Shown: positions 1 through 10,790, numbered from the stretch's first letter. The stretch: DNA of 64,000 nt from Candidatus Campbellbacteria bacterium (GCA_034521025.1 JAXHMZ010000001.1:15921-79920), one strand, 5' to 3'. Notes: generated by a model from the sequence alone, not told the origin. Numbers and translations: made by a program.

Positions 1-862
1 ATACTATACTCTCACCTAGATCTTGGTGAAATTCGCGAATAATTGTCTCTTGCTCTTGATCGCGACCTTGACCAAACAGCGAGAACGATTCCAATATACC
101 ACGTGAAGTATTATCACGTATGTTTGTACGTCCGCGAACGTCGTAACCGTAATAATCTAGCACAAGTGATGCTATCGACGACCGCACACCCGAATCACAA
201 AAAAGCAATAACGGATCGCTTTTACTGATGCCTAGTTCTTCCATAGCTTCGTGTATCGCCTCCTCGTTTGTTGGATCATGCATGACATAGTGCCCGATCA
301 GACAAGATGTTTGTGAATCAGATAATGCGACCGGGTTGCAATATGTACCAAGCATAGTGTATTCGTTGTCGCGAGCTTCCTCGATAGATATATGAGGTGT
401 AAGTTTCTTCATGTTCGTTATACTCAACCGATTGTTCTTTACGAACGCATCCACTTCGAAAGCAGGATTGTTTTCTGAGTATGCTACGGCAAATTCGTCC
501 CAATTAGTACCTTCGTACACAACGCTTTCGTCAAAAGAATTGATAGATTTTAGCTCCTTGTAATTCCCGTAAGCATCAATCGAAAACCAACCGAGTACGA
601 GAATAGGCGTCACAGCTATCACTACAGTAATGGCTTTATGCTGTCTAAACCATCGCAACATTAAAAAACCATAGGCAAAGACACCGGCCGCGAACGCTAC
701 AAAAATACCTCCGGAAGACGCAAGAATCAGAGAAAGCGTCGAAGGTGAAAGATATGCAAATGTTATTTGTGGAGTAAGTGCAAACCACGCAAAAACCAAA
801 CCGACAACAGTCAGTACTTTGTTCCGCGCGTACGTTGAATTTTTATATTCACGATTATTCAT
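1..862 (-). CDS. Membrane-anchored rhodanese-domain protein, 3'-partial (runs off the window start)
   Basis: Own minus-strand translation from ATG at 862 (MNNREYKNSTYARNKVLTVVGLVFAWF...) stays open to position 1. One N-terminal TM helix. C-terminal region has the rhodanese active-site loop FCDSGVRSS. Absent from the ORF track because no stop lies inside the window. Confidence 0.5.
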   Translation of the reverse strand, partial: MNNREYKNSTYARNKVLTVVGLVFAWFALTPQITFAYLSPSTLSLILASSGGIFVAFAAGVFAYGFLMLRWFRQHKAITVVIAVTPILVLGWFSIDAYGNYKELKSINSFDESVVYEGTNWDEFAVAYSENNPAFEVDAFVKNNRLSITNMKKLTPHISIEEARDNEYTMLGTYCNPVALSDSQTSCLIGHYVMHDPTNEEAIHEAMEELGISKSDPLLLFCDSGVRSSIASLVLDYYGYDVRGRTNIRDNTSRGILESFSLFGQGRDQEQETIIREFHQDLGESIV

Positions 863-932
863 AGTATGAGAATAAATTGCTCGTTCGTACGAGTAATTTA
901 CACTATACCATACTAATTTATATTGTCAATGA

Positions 933-2129
933 TTATCGCTCTTCAAACCTTGCCTCTCCAATAAACACATCGTGTGACATATAGTCCCGATAGACGCCAA
1001 GTGCTTCTTGTGACGAGTTAACGCGTATATCGGTCCACTGGGCACACCCTTGATCTTCAGTCTCGTCATATACAACACAAAATTCTGATTGCCACCAACT
1101 AAGCGCTTTAAGTCTCGGATAACGTCCAGACACAATATCCTCAAAGAAATCTTCCATCCATTCAGGCTTACGCTCGTCTTCGGTTACTCCATATTCCATA
1201 AGTGCGATTGGTTTCTCTTCACTTATCATATTGGATTCCGTTATCTGTTGATATACATTGTCAAATGTGAGCGACATATCCCACCAAAAGTCGTTTTTGG
1301 GATTTTGTGATCCATAACAGCTTACTCCGATCCAATCAATATAGTCGTCACCCGGATAGTAGCCATCCACTGAAGCTTCCGGATTACCTATGTCAGAATC
1401 CCAAATGCAATTCACATGGTAAAACCAAGTGACATTTTGCACCCCTTCGTCTCTAAAAATATCTATGATGCGTCGATAGGCGTCTCGGAATCTTTCGTGT
1501 CCATCGTATAATTCGGGATCACCATATTCGGTTTTTTCCAATCCTCCGTTGTATCGCAAATTCCACGGAAACCAAAAACCATTAACTTCGACCCCGAAAG
1601 TCACGAGCAAAGGCGACGGAATCGACTTTGCCTCTCTCGCCCACGCACGAATCTCCTCGTCGAATTTCCCGTCAATGAAATTCTCTAGTTTATACTTTTC
1701 GTAGTCACTTGTTATGCAGCGATCGTAAGGAAACATCCTTATAGAAGGAATGTTGCCCGAACGAACCACTTTCTCTACATCATTTCTCGGAAAGTGTATT
1801 CCTCGATCAAAGAAGTTGCGTTGTCCATTCAAACATTCGTTTGCGACCCCTCTGGGGAACCAAGTATTTGTAACCGAAATCCAAGATATACCTTTCCCTA
1901 CCAAGTCCTCGTGCTCGGAAATAATAGAAGGGTCTGATATATTATTCCATCCGGAAAACGCGTCCGGGGACATGGCGTGATAGATCTTTCCCTCAACGGG
2001 AACTAACTTTGCGTTAGGATTGGCATCTTCTCCGGTTGCCTTTTCAAGCGATTCTTCAAAAGGAGAAACTGTCACGCTTAAAAACGCAATTACTCCAAAC
2101 ACAAAAAATCCAATAACAAACTTTTTCAT
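933..2129 (-). CDS. Secreted glycoside hydrolase, GH26 (mannanase)-like
   Basis: Signal/TM at N-terminus (MKKFVIGFFVFGVIAFLSV). GH26-like motifs WFPWN and YYPGDDYIDWIGVSCY. Start moved to the internal ATG at 2129 (MKKF...). Confidence 0.5.
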   Translation of the reverse strand: MKKFVIGFFVFGVIAFLSVTVSPFEESLEKATGEDANPNAKLVPVEGKIYHAMSPDAFSGWNNISDPSIISEHEDLVGKGISWISVTNTWFPRGVANECLNGQRNFFDRGIHFPRNDVEKVVRSGNIPSIRMFPYDRCITSDYEKYKLENFIDGKFDEEIRAWAREAKSIPSPLLVTFGVEVNGFWFPWNLRYNGGLEKTEYGDPELYDGHERFRDAYRRIIDIFRDEGVQNVTWFYHVNCIWDSDIGNPEASVDGYYPGDDYIDWIGVSCYGSQNPKNDFWWDMSLTFDNVYQQITESNMISEEKPIALMEYGVTEDERKPEWMEDFFEDIVSGRYPRLKALSWWQSEFCVVYDETEDQGCAQWTDIRVNSSQEALGVYRDYMSHDVFIGEARFEER

Positions 2130-2163
2130 AATATTAATTGTAGTATATATCAATTGATCGTAA

Positions 2164-2198
2164 GTATAAAAAAAGCGCCGGTTCCGAGGAACCGGCGC
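2164..2198 (-). terminator. Rho-independent terminator hairpin after the collagen-like gene
   Basis: GC-rich inverted repeat gcgccggttcc-gag-gaaccggcgc, flanked by A/T runs. Confidence 0.5.
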
Positions 2199-2222
2199 AA
2201 GGTACTACAGATCTTTGAGGGA

Positions 2223-3833
2223 TCAGTTTTGAGAAGGGCGATGAAACGCATTGAATGTAACTTGACACTCATCTCGGCCATCTGACACGGTCACGGAGAA
2301 GGTTGCATCGAGCGGCAAGCGCTCTTCATACCACCTGGTCTCCTTCTGACCTGGATTACTTGCCTCGGGGCCAGTATTCCAACCGTCCGGAAAGTCGTAG
2401 TCGACGATTCGAACCCCATCCGCATACGTGTAGACAGTCAATGACATGTCTCCCGTATAATTGCGATGGGTATTAACGGTCATCTCCTGCTGGTTGTTGT
2501 CGGTACCAGTACCGCCAGCACCACAGGTCCGTTGCCGAAGAGGACTGTCTGCGCGAACATCGTCGGGGAAGTCGTATGAGTCCACACGACCTTCTCGTAC
2601 CATTTCGCGCAATTCGTCGATTTGATCCTGCTGATCATCAAGACGACGCGTGTTGTCGGCAATGTCACGTTCGTTATTGCCGATCCGACGCTCGTGGTCG
2701 TCAAGTTGATCTTGCTGCCCATCGTGACCTGCACGCAGATCATCAAGCATTGCGTTGAACTGATCGACGTTTGCATCGTCGCCTGCGGGACCTTGAGGTC
2801 CGCGAGGACCTTCGGGGCCACGGGGACCTTCAGGGCCGGGCGGGCCTACTTGACCAACTTCGCCAGGAAAGCCTCGAGGTCCTCGGGGACCTTGTGGGCC
2901 CTCACAGTCGTCACTCTGTTCACAGTATGCAACTACATCTTGGTAGACTTCCTGCTTGATTTCATCGACTCGATGTTCAAGCTCTGCATGGGCCATCCAC
3001 AACGAGCCAATCTCGTCTCTCCACTCATCCCAATCTTCAGGAAACTCTCGAAGAGCTTCTTCAATCTGCAGTTGGAAGTCTTGACGAAGCTCGAGATCCG
3101 CGCGAAGTGCTTCCGCGGTGGCCGCGTCAATGTCACGGCCGACACTGTCTTCCAGATCAGCAATCGCACCCTCAAGCCGTACTTCTGCATTTTCGACGGC
3201 GCGATTTGCCTGCCGTTCGATGAGATCCTTAAGCATATCAGGATCTCCTGCAAATGATTCGATGGCAAGCGGACATCCGGGTCTCGTATGGGTGCCACCA
3301 AGGTGTACAATCTCAAGCATGATCCCGAGCAACCGAGCGGCAACATTTTCTACTTCACCGCGCGTCGCATACTCGCCGGTCTCAAAGCTAAGCTCATTGT
3401 CGTTTTCTTGGTCAACACGTCCCGTCGTCACCCCGCATGCGTGATTAAGCGCCACCGAAGGACGTTGTTCATAGGGAACTTCTTCCCAATCAACATAGTC
3501 CCAATCAGCGGGATGATCCGGAACTTCGACCACCTGACCGAATTCGAGCGTATCGGTGTCGCTGGTACCGTATTGAACAGTTGCGATGTTATGCCACTGA
3601 TCTAGCCACTGTTCCCACGACTCATCATCGCGGACGTTACTTGTGTCCCACATGAACTCATAGACGAGCTCACGCAGGTCAGCGTCAGTATCGAAAGACT
3701 GTTCGCTGTCCACGTGCTCCTGGCTCTGCGCGCTGTGTCCGTTGGCAAAAGCCGGCATATAGCCGATAATCGCCAGAACGACAAACACGAGAGTCAGACG
3801 AATTGTCCAACGTACCTTAGTGTCGTAAGTCAT
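2223..3833 (-). CDS. Membrane-anchored collagen-like repeat protein (Gly-X-Y triple-helix segment plus coiled-coil and a C-terminal domain)
   Basis: [42 protein letters not shown]. Start chosen at the ATG at 3833, which follows AGGAGG (tcccacaaggaggaaaaATG), rather than the longer upstream ORF. One TM ([22 protein letters not shown]). Confidence 0.6.
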   Translation of the reverse strand: MTYDTKVRWTIRLTLVFVVLAIIGYMPAFANGHSAQSQEHVDSEQSFDTDADLRELVYEFMWDTSNVRDDESWEQWLDQWHNIATVQYGTSDTDTLEFGQVVEVPDHPADWDYVDWEEVPYEQRPSVALNHACGVTTGRVDQENDNELSFETGEYATRGEVENVAARLLGIMLEIVHLGGTHTRPGCPLAIESFAGDPDMLKDLIERQANRAVENAEVRLEGAIADLEDSVGRDIDAATAEALRADLELRQDFQLQIEEALREFPEDWDEWRDEIGSLWMAHAELEHRVDEIKQEVYQDVVAYCEQSDDCEGPQGPRGPRGFPGEVGQVGPPGPEGPRGPEGPRGPQGPAGDDANVDQFNAMLDDLRAGHDGQQDQLDDHERRIGNNERDIADNTRRLDDQQDQIDELREMVREGRVDSYDFPDDVRADSPLRQRTCGAGGTGTDNNQQEMTVNTHRNYTGDMSLTVYTYADGVRIVDYDFPDGWNTGPEASNPGQKETRWYEERLPLDATFSVTVSDGRDECQVTFNAFHRPSQN

Positions 3834-4007
3834 TTTTCCTCCTTGTGGGATTGAATGGAACTTATCTGGCTTCGTCGGACGAGATTTCATTTTTCTCTCC
3901 CCTCTCTTCCCTTTCAAAGATCTGGCGATACTATATCACGTAATAGAAAAATGTCAACCTTTGTAAAGAGCTGACATTTAACTTTTTGTAATACAACTTT
4001 TCTTTTA

Positions 4008-5582
4008 TTAAGCAAGTGACGGTTGGACTACTTCTTTTACATTTACACTTGAAACATAGACCTCTTTTTCCGACTCCTCAACGGTTCGCTCGGTTTTATA
4101 CCATAACTGCGGTGTGTCCGGAGAACGATAATATTTGAAAGGCGCATAGAACCTAGGAATAGCCTGAACCACAAAGTGTACCGGAGTATATAGATACAGT
4201 ATTACTGACATTTTCAGGAGATACCCACGGCTCATCTTCTTGTCGTTATATGGTTCTATGTACTCCCTGAACATACGATACGTATAACCGTAAAAATCAA
4301 ATATAGTAATCGAGGCAAAAAGTAAATACAACATTACAAATTGAAAGCCTATGCTAAGTGCTCCATACGCTCCAACGACCATAAGAAACCAGCCTATTAC
4401 AGGCATTCCCAAGTGCCAAATTGAGCTATATGCGTTTGAGTATATTTTTAGAGTTAGATGGATCTTTCGGTACCACGGCAATTCTGATTCAACAACGTAA
4501 GGTATCAACTGAAAGTGTCCGCGTGCCCATCTTTCACGCTGTTTAAAATAAGTAGCATAGTTAGACGGCGACTGTTCGATCTCCGGACATGAGTACCATT
4601 CAGCCGTATGGCCAGTGAGAATATATGTCCGCAGACCAAGCTCGGCGTCTTCTACGAGTGAGCCGGCATCCCAACCACCAACGTGAAATAGAAGGTCTTT
4701 TTCAAAAAAGTAATTAGTACCAGCTAGGAAAAGAAGCTTCTTGTTCTTTCTCATGAGACGATGTGTCATAAAGCTCAAGTGGTGTACGACACCTTCGATA
4801 AAAGCTCCAATTCCGACTATGTTGAGATTCTTCATATTGGAAACTCCCAACACTATTCCTTGCAAGATCTTACTATTCTTCATCATTCGCAGAAAAGCGA
4901 TCTCCTTAAGAGAATCAACGTCTAGTCTTCCGTCCGCATCCAAAATTCCGATCATCTCTATATCTTCGTCATCTCCGGTGTAGCGAATATACTCGAGACA
5001 ATAGTTTAACGCGCGACCCTTTGTAGAGTGAGCATAAGTTTTTGTGAAATCTCCAAAGGTGCCAGAATACCACTCCGGAACCTCAACGCAGTTTACAAAC
5101 CCCGCCGGATAATTTTTCTGCAAGTCAAGTATAGTTTCTTTAGCGACTTCTTTTGTTGTGCGATCAACGTCATCGTACTTTTCACGTTCATCAACAATGA
5201 CGTAGATCTTATATGCGTCTTTTGGGTAATCCAATTCAGTAAGCCGTCTAATAGTGTTTTCTATAACACGGCCTTCATTACGAGCGGGAACGAAAACTGC
5301 AATTTTAGGGATATCACGACCTTTCATTGCAGAAACAGATATAATGTCTCGCATTGAGTAGACCTGCTTTTTCAACTTGGATTTATAATCATTCATAAAA
5401 TATACCCTGCGAAGGTATAGAAAACTACCAACAAAAAACACACCAATAGTTAGGTAGCTAAGTATCGTTATTATCTCTGAAGAAGAAAGTAGTATAAAAG
5501 TGAATAGCAAAATATCTACAGCAAGTATGATCTGTATCAAAAAAAGTATTCTATATAGATTTTTGTCCCAAAATTTTTTCAT
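4008..5582 (-). CDS. Processive family-2 glycosyltransferase (cellulose/chitin/PNAG-synthase-like), polytopic membrane protein
   Basis: GT2 motifs: VFVPARNEG...VIVDE, DADG, and QRERWARG (the QxxRW motif). Multiple TM helices at both ends. Confidence 0.7.
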   Translation of the reverse strand: MKKFWDKNLYRILFLIQIILAVDILLFTFILLSSSEIITILSYLTIGVFFVGSFLYLRRVYFMNDYKSKLKKQVYSMRDIISVSAMKGRDIPKIAVFVPARNEGRVIENTIRRLTELDYPKDAYKIYVIVDEREKYDDVDRTTKEVAKETILDLQKNYPAGFVNCVEVPEWYSGTFGDFTKTYAHSTKGRALNYCLEYIRYTGDDEDIEMIGILDADGRLDVDSLKEIAFLRMMKNSKILQGIVLGVSNMKNLNIVGIGAFIEGVVHHLSFMTHRLMRKNKKLLFLAGTNYFFEKDLLFHVGGWDAGSLVEDAELGLRTYILTGHTAEWYSCPEIEQSPSNYATYFKQRERWARGHFQLIPYVVESELPWYRKIHLTLKIYSNAYSSIWHLGMPVIGWFLMVVGAYGALSIGFQFVMLYLLFASITIFDFYGYTYRMFREYIEPYNDKKMSRGYLLKMSVILYLYTPVHFVVQAIPRFYAPFKYYRSPDTPQLWYKTERTVEESEKEVYVSSVNVKEVVQPSLA

Positions 5583-5629
5583 ATTTCTAGGTTTTGTAAC
5601 TATACCATTTATTTTACTTATGTCAATAG

Positions 5630-5662
5630 AAAAACCCCTGCCGTTTTACCAGCAGGGGCTCA
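5630..5662 (-). terminator. Rho-independent terminator after the acidic lipoprotein gene
   Basis: Hairpin cccctgccg-tttta-ccagcagggg followed by a T-run on the minus strand. Confidence 0.45.
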
Positions 5663-5679
5663 ATGATCAAGGAACTAGG

Positions 5680-7515
5680 TTAGCGAGGTTCTACGTCAAT
5701 CACACAACGTGTTTCTTCTCCGTCGTCGACTCTAAGGTCAACAATGGCATCGGTGGTTTTTGTGCAATTATCGCCGGTAACTGAATCGACAACAAAGTCT
5801 TGGTTGTCGTCGAGCACCGCCCGATAATTGTTTTCTTCCACAAAAACCTTTTCACCGTCTTCGATGTCGCGAGAGATCAATTCTCCGCTTGATCGTTCGT
5901 AGACAGTAAAGGAAACGGCACGATCAATCTCAAAAACGTAATTACCTAAGCTGGAGCCACTCTCTCCCCCCACCAAGTCAAACCTGATGGTCTCAACATC
6001 CCTGTCGTCATCGCGTTCAACTTCCAGACGCACAACAACTTCACCGTCATCGTAGTCTGAGAACGAGATGTACTTGGAATGAGACTCGCGGGTGGATGAG
6101 TAGATCTCGAGATCGTCAACACGGATGGTCAGTTCGGCGTCATCCGCCGAAGAGACAGCTCCCCAATTGACCGAGAAGCCCTTGCCGTCGTCGACATCGA
6201 CATCGTCGTTGTCACGAACGTGACTTCCATCAGAGTCGGTCACGTTCAAGTAATCGATGAGGTTGGGATCAGAATCGTGATCCTCAAACTCAAAGTACAA
6301 GACGCAGTCAACGGTCTCTCCTTCATCCACATTAACGCGGATACGGAAGTCATTGACCTTGGTGCAGTCTTGCCTGACCCTGTCGAGGTCGTAGCCAAGG
6401 TTGGAAGGAGCGTTAATGTAATAACGACCTTCATTTACCCTAGCTCGATCACCGTCACGGTAGGTATCAACGTACGCGCCATCTGAGGCTTCTAGCTCTA
6501 GCGGAAAATCTTCCGGTTCGAGGTCGCCTCCGGTCACGCGAACGTCAAAATCGATCCGACCGGATCCATTTGAAGGATCACTTCCCCCCACCAAGTCAAA
6601 CCTGATGGTCTCAACATCCCTGTCGTCATCGCGTTCAACTTCCAGACGCACAACAACTTCACCGTCATCGTAGTCTGAGAACGAGATGTACTTGGAATGA
6701 GACTCGCGGGTGGACGAGTAGATCCTGTGACCGTCAACACGGATGGTCAGTTCGGCGTCATCCGCCGAAGAGACAGCTCCCCAATTGACCGAGAAGCCCT
6801 TGCCGTCGTCGACATCGACATCGTCGTTGTCACGAACGTGACTTCCATCAGAGTCGGTCACGTTCAAGTAATCGATGAGGTTGGGGTCATTGTTCCCGGT
6901 ATCATTGTCCTCATCATCGTTATGGTCGTCGTTGTCGTCTCCGCCGTGGTCACTGTTTCCATCGTCGCCGTCGTCATCGCCACTGTCATCGTTACCGCCG
7001 TCGGTATCCTTATCGCTGTCGTTATCGCCATTATCGTCGTCTTGACTTCCAACGTTAACAACGATCTCAATCGGCGAGCCGGATCTGTTGTTGCCTGACT
7101 TGTCGCTCAGGTAGAGCACAAAATGGTACTCTCCCGACCTTTGCGGCGTCCAATTGAACGTTTCTACGGACTCTTGGTCTCCGAAGTTGTGCGTATGCAC
7201 AACCGGGAGATCGCTCACATCCGTATCGGTCGTATTCCACTCACCAAGCTCAACCCGATAAGTACCGCGAACGTATCCATAGACAATGGTAAGTTCTTCA
7301 CCGATGTCCACGTCAGCCCTAGAGCGAGCATCAGCCCAGCTCCAGGTACGGTCTTGGTTGTCCTGATAAGTAGAATTATCAACTGCGACTAGGAAGGCTT
7401 GGGGGGTTACAGCGTTTTCACCGCTGTTGCCGTCTTTTGGTTGCTGATTCAGTTGAGTACAAGCCCCAAGAAACAGCAATACAAACGGCACCAATAGCAA
7501 ACCGATCTTTTTCAT
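5680..7515 (-). CDS. Highly acidic secreted lipoprotein with an internal tandem duplication and a poly-D/N/G low-complexity tract
   Basis: Lipobox LLFLGAC. DDDNGDNDSDKDTDGGNDDSGDDDGDDGNSDHGGDDNDDHNDDEDNDTGNND tract. Two near-identical segments of about 110 aa (DPNLIDYLNVTDSDGSHVRDNDDVDVDDGKGFSVNWGAVSSADDAELTIRVD...RFDLVGG). Confidence 0.5.
   Translation of the reverse strand: MKKIGLLLVPFVLLFLGACTQLNQQPKDGNSGENAVTPQAFLVAVDNSTYQDNQDRTWSWADARSRADVDIGEELTIVYGYVRGTYRVELGEWNTTDTDVSDLPVVHTHNFGDQESVETFNWTPQRSGEYHFVLYLSDKSGNNRSGSPIEIVVNVGSQDDDNGDNDSDKDTDGGNDDSGDDDGDDGNSDHGGDDNDDHNDDEDNDTGNNDPNLIDYLNVTDSDGSHVRDNDDVDVDDGKGFSVNWGAVSSADDAELTIRVDGHRIYSSTRESHSKYISFSDYDDGEVVVRLEVERDDDRDVETIRFDLVGGSDPSNGSGRIDFDVRVTGGDLEPEDFPLELEASDGAYVDTYRDGDRARVNEGRYYINAPSNLGYDLDRVRQDCTKVNDFRIRVNVDEGETVDCVLYFEFEDHDSDPNLIDYLNVTDSDGSHVRDNDDVDVDDGKGFSVNWGAVSSADDAELTIRVDDLEIYSSTRESHSKYISFSDYDDGEVVVRLEVERDDDRDVETIRFDLVGGESGSSLGNYVFEIDRAVSFTVYERSSGELISRDIEDGEKVFVEENNYRAVLDDNQDFVVDSVTGDNCTKTTDAIVDLRVDDGEETRCVIDVEPR
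5966..6888. repeat. Intragenic direct repeat: two copies of about 300 bp, >95% identical, offset exactly 600 bp (about 5966-6268 and 6585-6888)
   Basis: gagactcgcgggtgga[tc]gagtagatc... occurs at 6101 and 6701, and the long flanking sequence is identical. Confidence 0.8.
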
Positions 7516-7703
7516 TTTTCCCTCCTTGGGATTTTGAAAGACTTAGGTTGAGTTCGTTTTGAGTAGCCGTCGTTACTTGCTCCTCTCTCGCTTAACCGAA
7601 GTTCCGCGGATATTTATATCATAAAATATTGATTTGTCAATATTTTTGTGGTACTGTAAAGATTCAAATTGCTATTTGAGAATAACGTCTTTAGAATGAA
7701 AAT

Positions 7704-9215
7704 ATGCCTAAAGTAAAAGAACTATTACACGAGATGCCGAACAATATGAGCAAAGAGGACGAGGAATTGGTCCGACGCGCTTTTGCTTTTTCAGAAAAAG
7801 CCCACGAGGGACAAGAACGATACTCGGGAGAGCCATATTTTATACACTCCTTTGAAACAGCAAAAATTCTCGCAAGTATCAATATGAGCGCGGTTACTGT
7901 GGCAGCAGGTATTTTGCATGATGTTATGGAAGATTCCGATGTTAGTGAGGAAGAGCTAAAGGAAGAGTTCGGGGCTGAGATCGTTTTTCTAGTAGACGGA
8001 GTAACAAAGCTGGGTAAGCTCCGGTTTCAAGGCCTCACTCGCCATGCCGAAAGTCTGCGCAAGTTTTTTATAGCTACTTCAAAAGATATTAGGGTGGTCA
8101 TAATAAAACTAGCTGACCGTCTACACAATATGCACACACTTGAACACGTACCAGAACACAAACGCAAAAGAATAGCTCAGGAAACGCTCGAGATATACGC
8201 TCCACTGGCCTACAGACTGGGAATACGTAAATTAACAAAAGAGCTTGAGGATCTGGCTTTTCCTTATGTATATCCCGAGGAAGCTGAGAAAACCCAGAAA
8301 ATACTCCAAGAACGAGAGAAAGACGCAAACGCCTACGTTCAAAAAGTGTATAAGCTTTTAAAGAAAAAATTGGCCGAAAACGGTTACCGTAACGCTAAAA
8401 CCGAATTTAGAACCAAAGGGGTCTACAGTTTGTATAAGAAACTCATCCGCAAAGATATGGACGTAGAAAGAATTCACGATCTGGCGGCTATACGAGTAAT
8501 AGTACCAACCGTAGCGGATTGTTATGCCGTACTCGGGATCATTCATGGCACTTGGAGACCCTTGCCAGGGCGCGTAAAGGATTATATTGCTTTTGAAAAG
8601 CCCAACGGATACCAATCCATACATACCGATATATTTACCGGCGATGGCGGTATTGTGGAAATGCAGATACGCACCGAAGAGATGCACCGAGAAGCAGAAT
8701 TTGGAATCGCAAGCCACCTGTCTTACAAACAGGGATTCAGAGGAAATGCCGTCAATCCGAACTTATTGTGGCTACGCCAACTGCTACCACGCAGTTATTC
8801 TCGTGAAAAAACCGAAACCGAAGAATGGACGCGCGATGTTCCTAGCTGGGTCAAAGAATTAAATGAGTATCAGGAAGAAGCTTACGGATATGAATTTTTA
8901 GACAACCTCAAGAGTGACTTTATGAAACACAGAATTTTTGTGTTTACTCCAAAAGGAGAAGTGGTCGATCTTCCTAAAGATTCAACACCCGTAGACTTTG
9001 CTTATTCCATACACTCAGATATAGGAGATCATATGAGTAGCGCCAAGGTAAACGGCAAGATGTCGTCACTTTCCACACCCCTACAAAACGGCGACATAGT
9101 AGAAATAACGACCAAAAAATCCGCGCAACCCAATCGTAAGTGGCTTGACTTCGTAAAGACCGCCCTAGCTAAGCGTCACATAAAGCTTTTCTTGCAAAAA
9201 GGAGAAAGTAAATAA
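7704..9215 (+). CDS. rel: RelA/SpoT-homolog (p)ppGpp synthetase/hydrolase (HD, synthetase and TGS domains; no ACT domain)
   Basis: HD motif ILHDVMEDS. Synthetase motif YIAFEKPNGYQSIHTDI. TGS region FVFTPKGEVVDLPKDSTPVDFAYSIHSDIG. Confidence 0.85.
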   Translation: MPKVKELLHEMPNNMSKEDEELVRRAFAFSEKAHEGQERYSGEPYFIHSFETAKILASINMSAVTVAAGILHDVMEDSDVSEEELKEEFGAEIVFLVDGVTKLGKLRFQGLTRHAESLRKFFIATSKDIRVVIIKLADRLHNMHTLEHVPEHKRKRIAQETLEIYAPLAYRLGIRKLTKELEDLAFPYVYPEEAEKTQKILQEREKDANAYVQKVYKLLKKKLAENGYRNAKTEFRTKGVYSLYKKLIRKDMDVERIHDLAAIRVIVPTVADCYAVLGIIHGTWRPLPGRVKDYIAFEKPNGYQSIHTDIFTGDGGIVEMQIRTEEMHREAEFGIASHLSYKQGFRGNAVNPNLLWLRQLLPRSYSREKTETEEWTRDVPSWVKELNEYQEEAYGYEFLDNLKSDFMKHRIFVFTPKGEVVDLPKDSTPVDFAYSIHSDIGDHMSSAKVNGKMSSLSTPLQNGDIVEITTKKSAQPNRKWLDFVKTALAKRHIKLFLQKGESK

Positions 9216-9216
9216 A

Positions 9217-10485
9217 CTATATATTAAAATTGGAGATCGAATATAGCTCGTCGTCGTTATCATCTTCCTTTTTATCTTCGGAATCACTTTCTTGTGTTAG
9301 ATCCGGTTCTTCTTCTGTACTTTCGCTTTCCTCCTCGCCATGACTAACTTCTGCTCCGTAGGTCGGGATATCCGCGGCAGGGGCTGTGTCTTCCCTTTTT
9401 TCCTCTCGTGTATTCAAGTAAGAACTCCAATCGTATTGGGGTGTTTTATTCGCTTCTTCTTCGGAACCGCTTTCCGTTTGTTTCACTTCCTCGTCAGATT
9501 CATTGCTTTTCTCAAACGACTGTGGTTCAGAGTATATGTTTTCTTCACGCGACTCTTCGGTTCCAGTTTCTTCTGGCTCTTCTTTAGTTTCGGGTTGTGA
9601 CGCTTGTTGAGAATTAATAAAGCGGCTTAGCATATCGTACTTTTCAGCGGAATTTTGCGCCGAAGAAGATAGTAAAGTGATTATATTTTTTACATCCTCG
9701 GGAGAGAAAAAGTCTATCATTATTTTGCCACCGTTTTCGCGAGATTCAATTTGCACTCGCGTACCGAGCGATTCTGAAAGTTTACCTTCTAGCTCTACAA
9801 GCTCTGGGTCTACTCTGCGATCCTTTTTGCGCACTTTATCGTGCGCTATTCTGCGAGCTATTGATTCAGTTTCGCGAACACTGAGATTTTTGTACACAAC
9901 CTCTTTAAAGACGGTGGCTAATTCATCTGGCTTGTCACTAAGCATCATTAGTGTACGGGCGTGCCCTTCCGATATTTTGCTACCGGCAACCGCCTCTCTG
10001 ATCTCTTCAGGCAAGGTCAATAATCTGAGAGTGTTTGATACGTACTCACGCGACTTTCCAACTTTCTTTCCAACCTCACTGTGCTTGAGTTTAAACTCTT
10101 CTACTAATCGGTTGAAAGCTACTGCTCGATCGATCGGGTTAAGATCTTCTCGTTGAATATTTTCTATGATCGCCAGCTCAAGCTTGAGAAGAGAATCTTC
10201 TTCGCCGCTTTTGATTATCACCGGCACTTGGCCCAGGTTCGCCATTCTAGCTGCGCGCAAACGTCTTTCACCGGCGATAAGTTCATACTCGGTAGATATG
10301 CCCCCATCAGACTTCTCTACTTCGCTTCGCGTTACCACGAGCGGCTGCAAAACACCATACTGTCGCACCGATTCAGATAGGCTCTGCAGCTTTTCCTCAT
10401 CAAATTCCTTTCTGGGTTGATGTGGATTGGTTTTTATTTTTCCGACTTCGATCCAAAAAATTGAGTTCCCTTGAAAATATGACAT
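9217..10485 (-). CDS. parB: ParB-like chromosome partition protein with a long acidic/Ser-rich C-terminal tail
   Basis: GERRLRAARMANL ParB box and an HTH region. Roughly 130-aa E/D/S-rich tail. Confidence 0.75.
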   Translation of the reverse strand: MSYFQGNSIFWIEVGKIKTNPHQPRKEFDEEKLQSLSESVRQYGVLQPLVVTRSEVEKSDGGISTEYELIAGERRLRAARMANLGQVPVIIKSGEEDSLLKLELAIIENIQREDLNPIDRAVAFNRLVEEFKLKHSEVGKKVGKSREYVSNTLRLLTLPEEIREAVAGSKISEGHARTLMMLSDKPDELATVFKEVVYKNLSVRETESIARRIAHDKVRKKDRRVDPELVELEGKLSESLGTRVQIESRENGGKIMIDFFSPEDVKNIITLLSSSAQNSAEKYDMLSRFINSQQASQPETKEEPEETGTEESREENIYSEPQSFEKSNESDEEVKQTESGSEEEANKTPQYDWSSYLNTREEKREDTAPAADIPTYGAEVSHGEEESESTEEEPDLTQESDSEDKKEDDNDDELYSISNFNI

Positions 10486-10592
10486 TGCCTGTATTGTTCG
10501 TTATTTAGCACAGTATATCACACACAAGTATTTGACTTTATAAACACTCTTTGTTTTATTTGAAATGGAGGTCAAAGGAGAGGAGTGAAAAT

Positions 10593-10790
10593 ATGAGTAT
10601 AGAAGGAGAGTTATTCACCCTATGCGGAAGAGACACTGAGGAAGTCCGAGATCTAGTAGAGGACCTAAGGAGCAAAGACCTTAACATTTGTTTTTGGAAG
10701 GAAGATCGGTCTGAGCCAATACTCTACCACCAAGGGTGGCAAGAGCCCATCATTGGACACAGCCGCATTTGCAATAAGTTCGGGGTATAG
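10593..10790 (+). CDS. Hypothetical small protein (66 aa)
   Basis: Strong RBS aaaggagaggagtgaaaatATG. A terminator follows. Confidence 0.35.
   Translation: MSIEGELFTLCGRDTEEVRDLVEDLRSKDLNICFWKEDRSEPILYHQGWQEPIIGHSRICNKFGV

Noticed and set aside
2223-3917. Long N-terminal extension ([28 protein letters not shown]) of the collagen-like protein.
   Set aside because: The internal ATG at 3833 is preceded by AGGAGG at ideal spacing and gives a signal-anchor N-terminus. The extension is most likely untranslated.
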